Notes under the pieces: model-generated
What the model saw: the letters and a program-made list of their open reading frames with translations, nothing else
The model's database searches: none
What the model was told of the DNA's origin: nothing
Translations under genes and position numbers: made by a program
Part shown: one piece after another, positions 63,851 through 64,000 of the stretch
How positions within the stretch are numbered: the stretch's first letter is position 1
How the letters are laid out: every line of letters begins with the position of its first letter
NCBI GenBank assembly: GCA_963710575.1
Contig: CAVQAL010000006.1
Span: 317,784 to 381,783, forward strand
Reading direction: 5' to 3'
From: an uncultured delta proteobacterium
GTDB taxonomy: Bacteria; Desulfobacterota; Syntrophia; Syntrophales; Smithellaceae
DNA: 64,000 nucleotides

Positions 63851-64000
63851 CTATAAGTCATCTAACGATATGGTATCTATTGATTTAGTCTTTTTTCTTG
63901 CTTTTTCCAACGCAAAGATATCAGCTTTCCCTGTTATTTCACCTTCACCAGCATTAAACAATTTCCCGACCAGCGGTAATTTAGTTAGTATTTTATTTTC
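63851..64000 (-). CDS. 3' end of a CDS entering from beyond the window
   Basis: Open frame ...ENKILTKLPLVGKLF...ISLDDL-TAG. Confidence 0.5.
   Translation of the reverse strand, partial: ENKILTKLPLVGKLFNAGEGEITGKADIFALEKARKKTKSIDTISLDDL

Larger units (their letters stand above)
46182..64000. mobile_element. tRNA-Glu-integrated genomic island, phage-satellite/integrative-plasmid-like; right end not seen
   Basis: Starts at the tRNA 3' end with an IHF box and arm-like repeats; AT-rich; excisionase-like HTH, primase-helicase and PolA-like genes; no integrase in the window. Confidence 0.85.

Overview
Bacterial chromosomal window. The gene content (thiolase, ADP-forming acyl-CoA synthetase, phenylacetate-CoA ligase, fdhE) suggests a Syntrophales/Smithella-like deltaproteobacterium, which is an inference. 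Bases 1-46181 are mostly housekeeping: fdhE, gmhA-grpE-dnaK, surE, acd, purQ/purL, rmuC, livKHMGF-paaK, tatA, thiolase, a peptide-binding protein, the yceD-rpmF-acpP-fabF-glyA-nrdR-rib-nusB block, gltX, a degenerate tRNA-Gln and tRNA-Glu. This part also carries three interrelated families of ~125-bp palindromic MITE-like repeats, a three-cassette attC array without an integrase (16385-19041, first cassette a CHAT protease) and a probable Tyr-sensing attenuator. From the tRNA-Glu 3' end to the window end lies an AT-rich integrated element resembling a phage satellite. It encodes an excisionase-like HTH, a DpdA/TGT-like transglycosylase, a methyltransferase, a family-A polymerase with substituted catalytic residues, RHH regulators and a RepB'-D5 primase-helicase with an adjacent candidate origin. 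Its genes are separated by repeated non-coding modules (hairpin, GCGCAG-N4-CTGCGT palindrome, SD plus minigene, terminator), the most unusual signal here. About nine single-base indels, some in core genes, suggest residual sequencing error, so frameshifts need caution.
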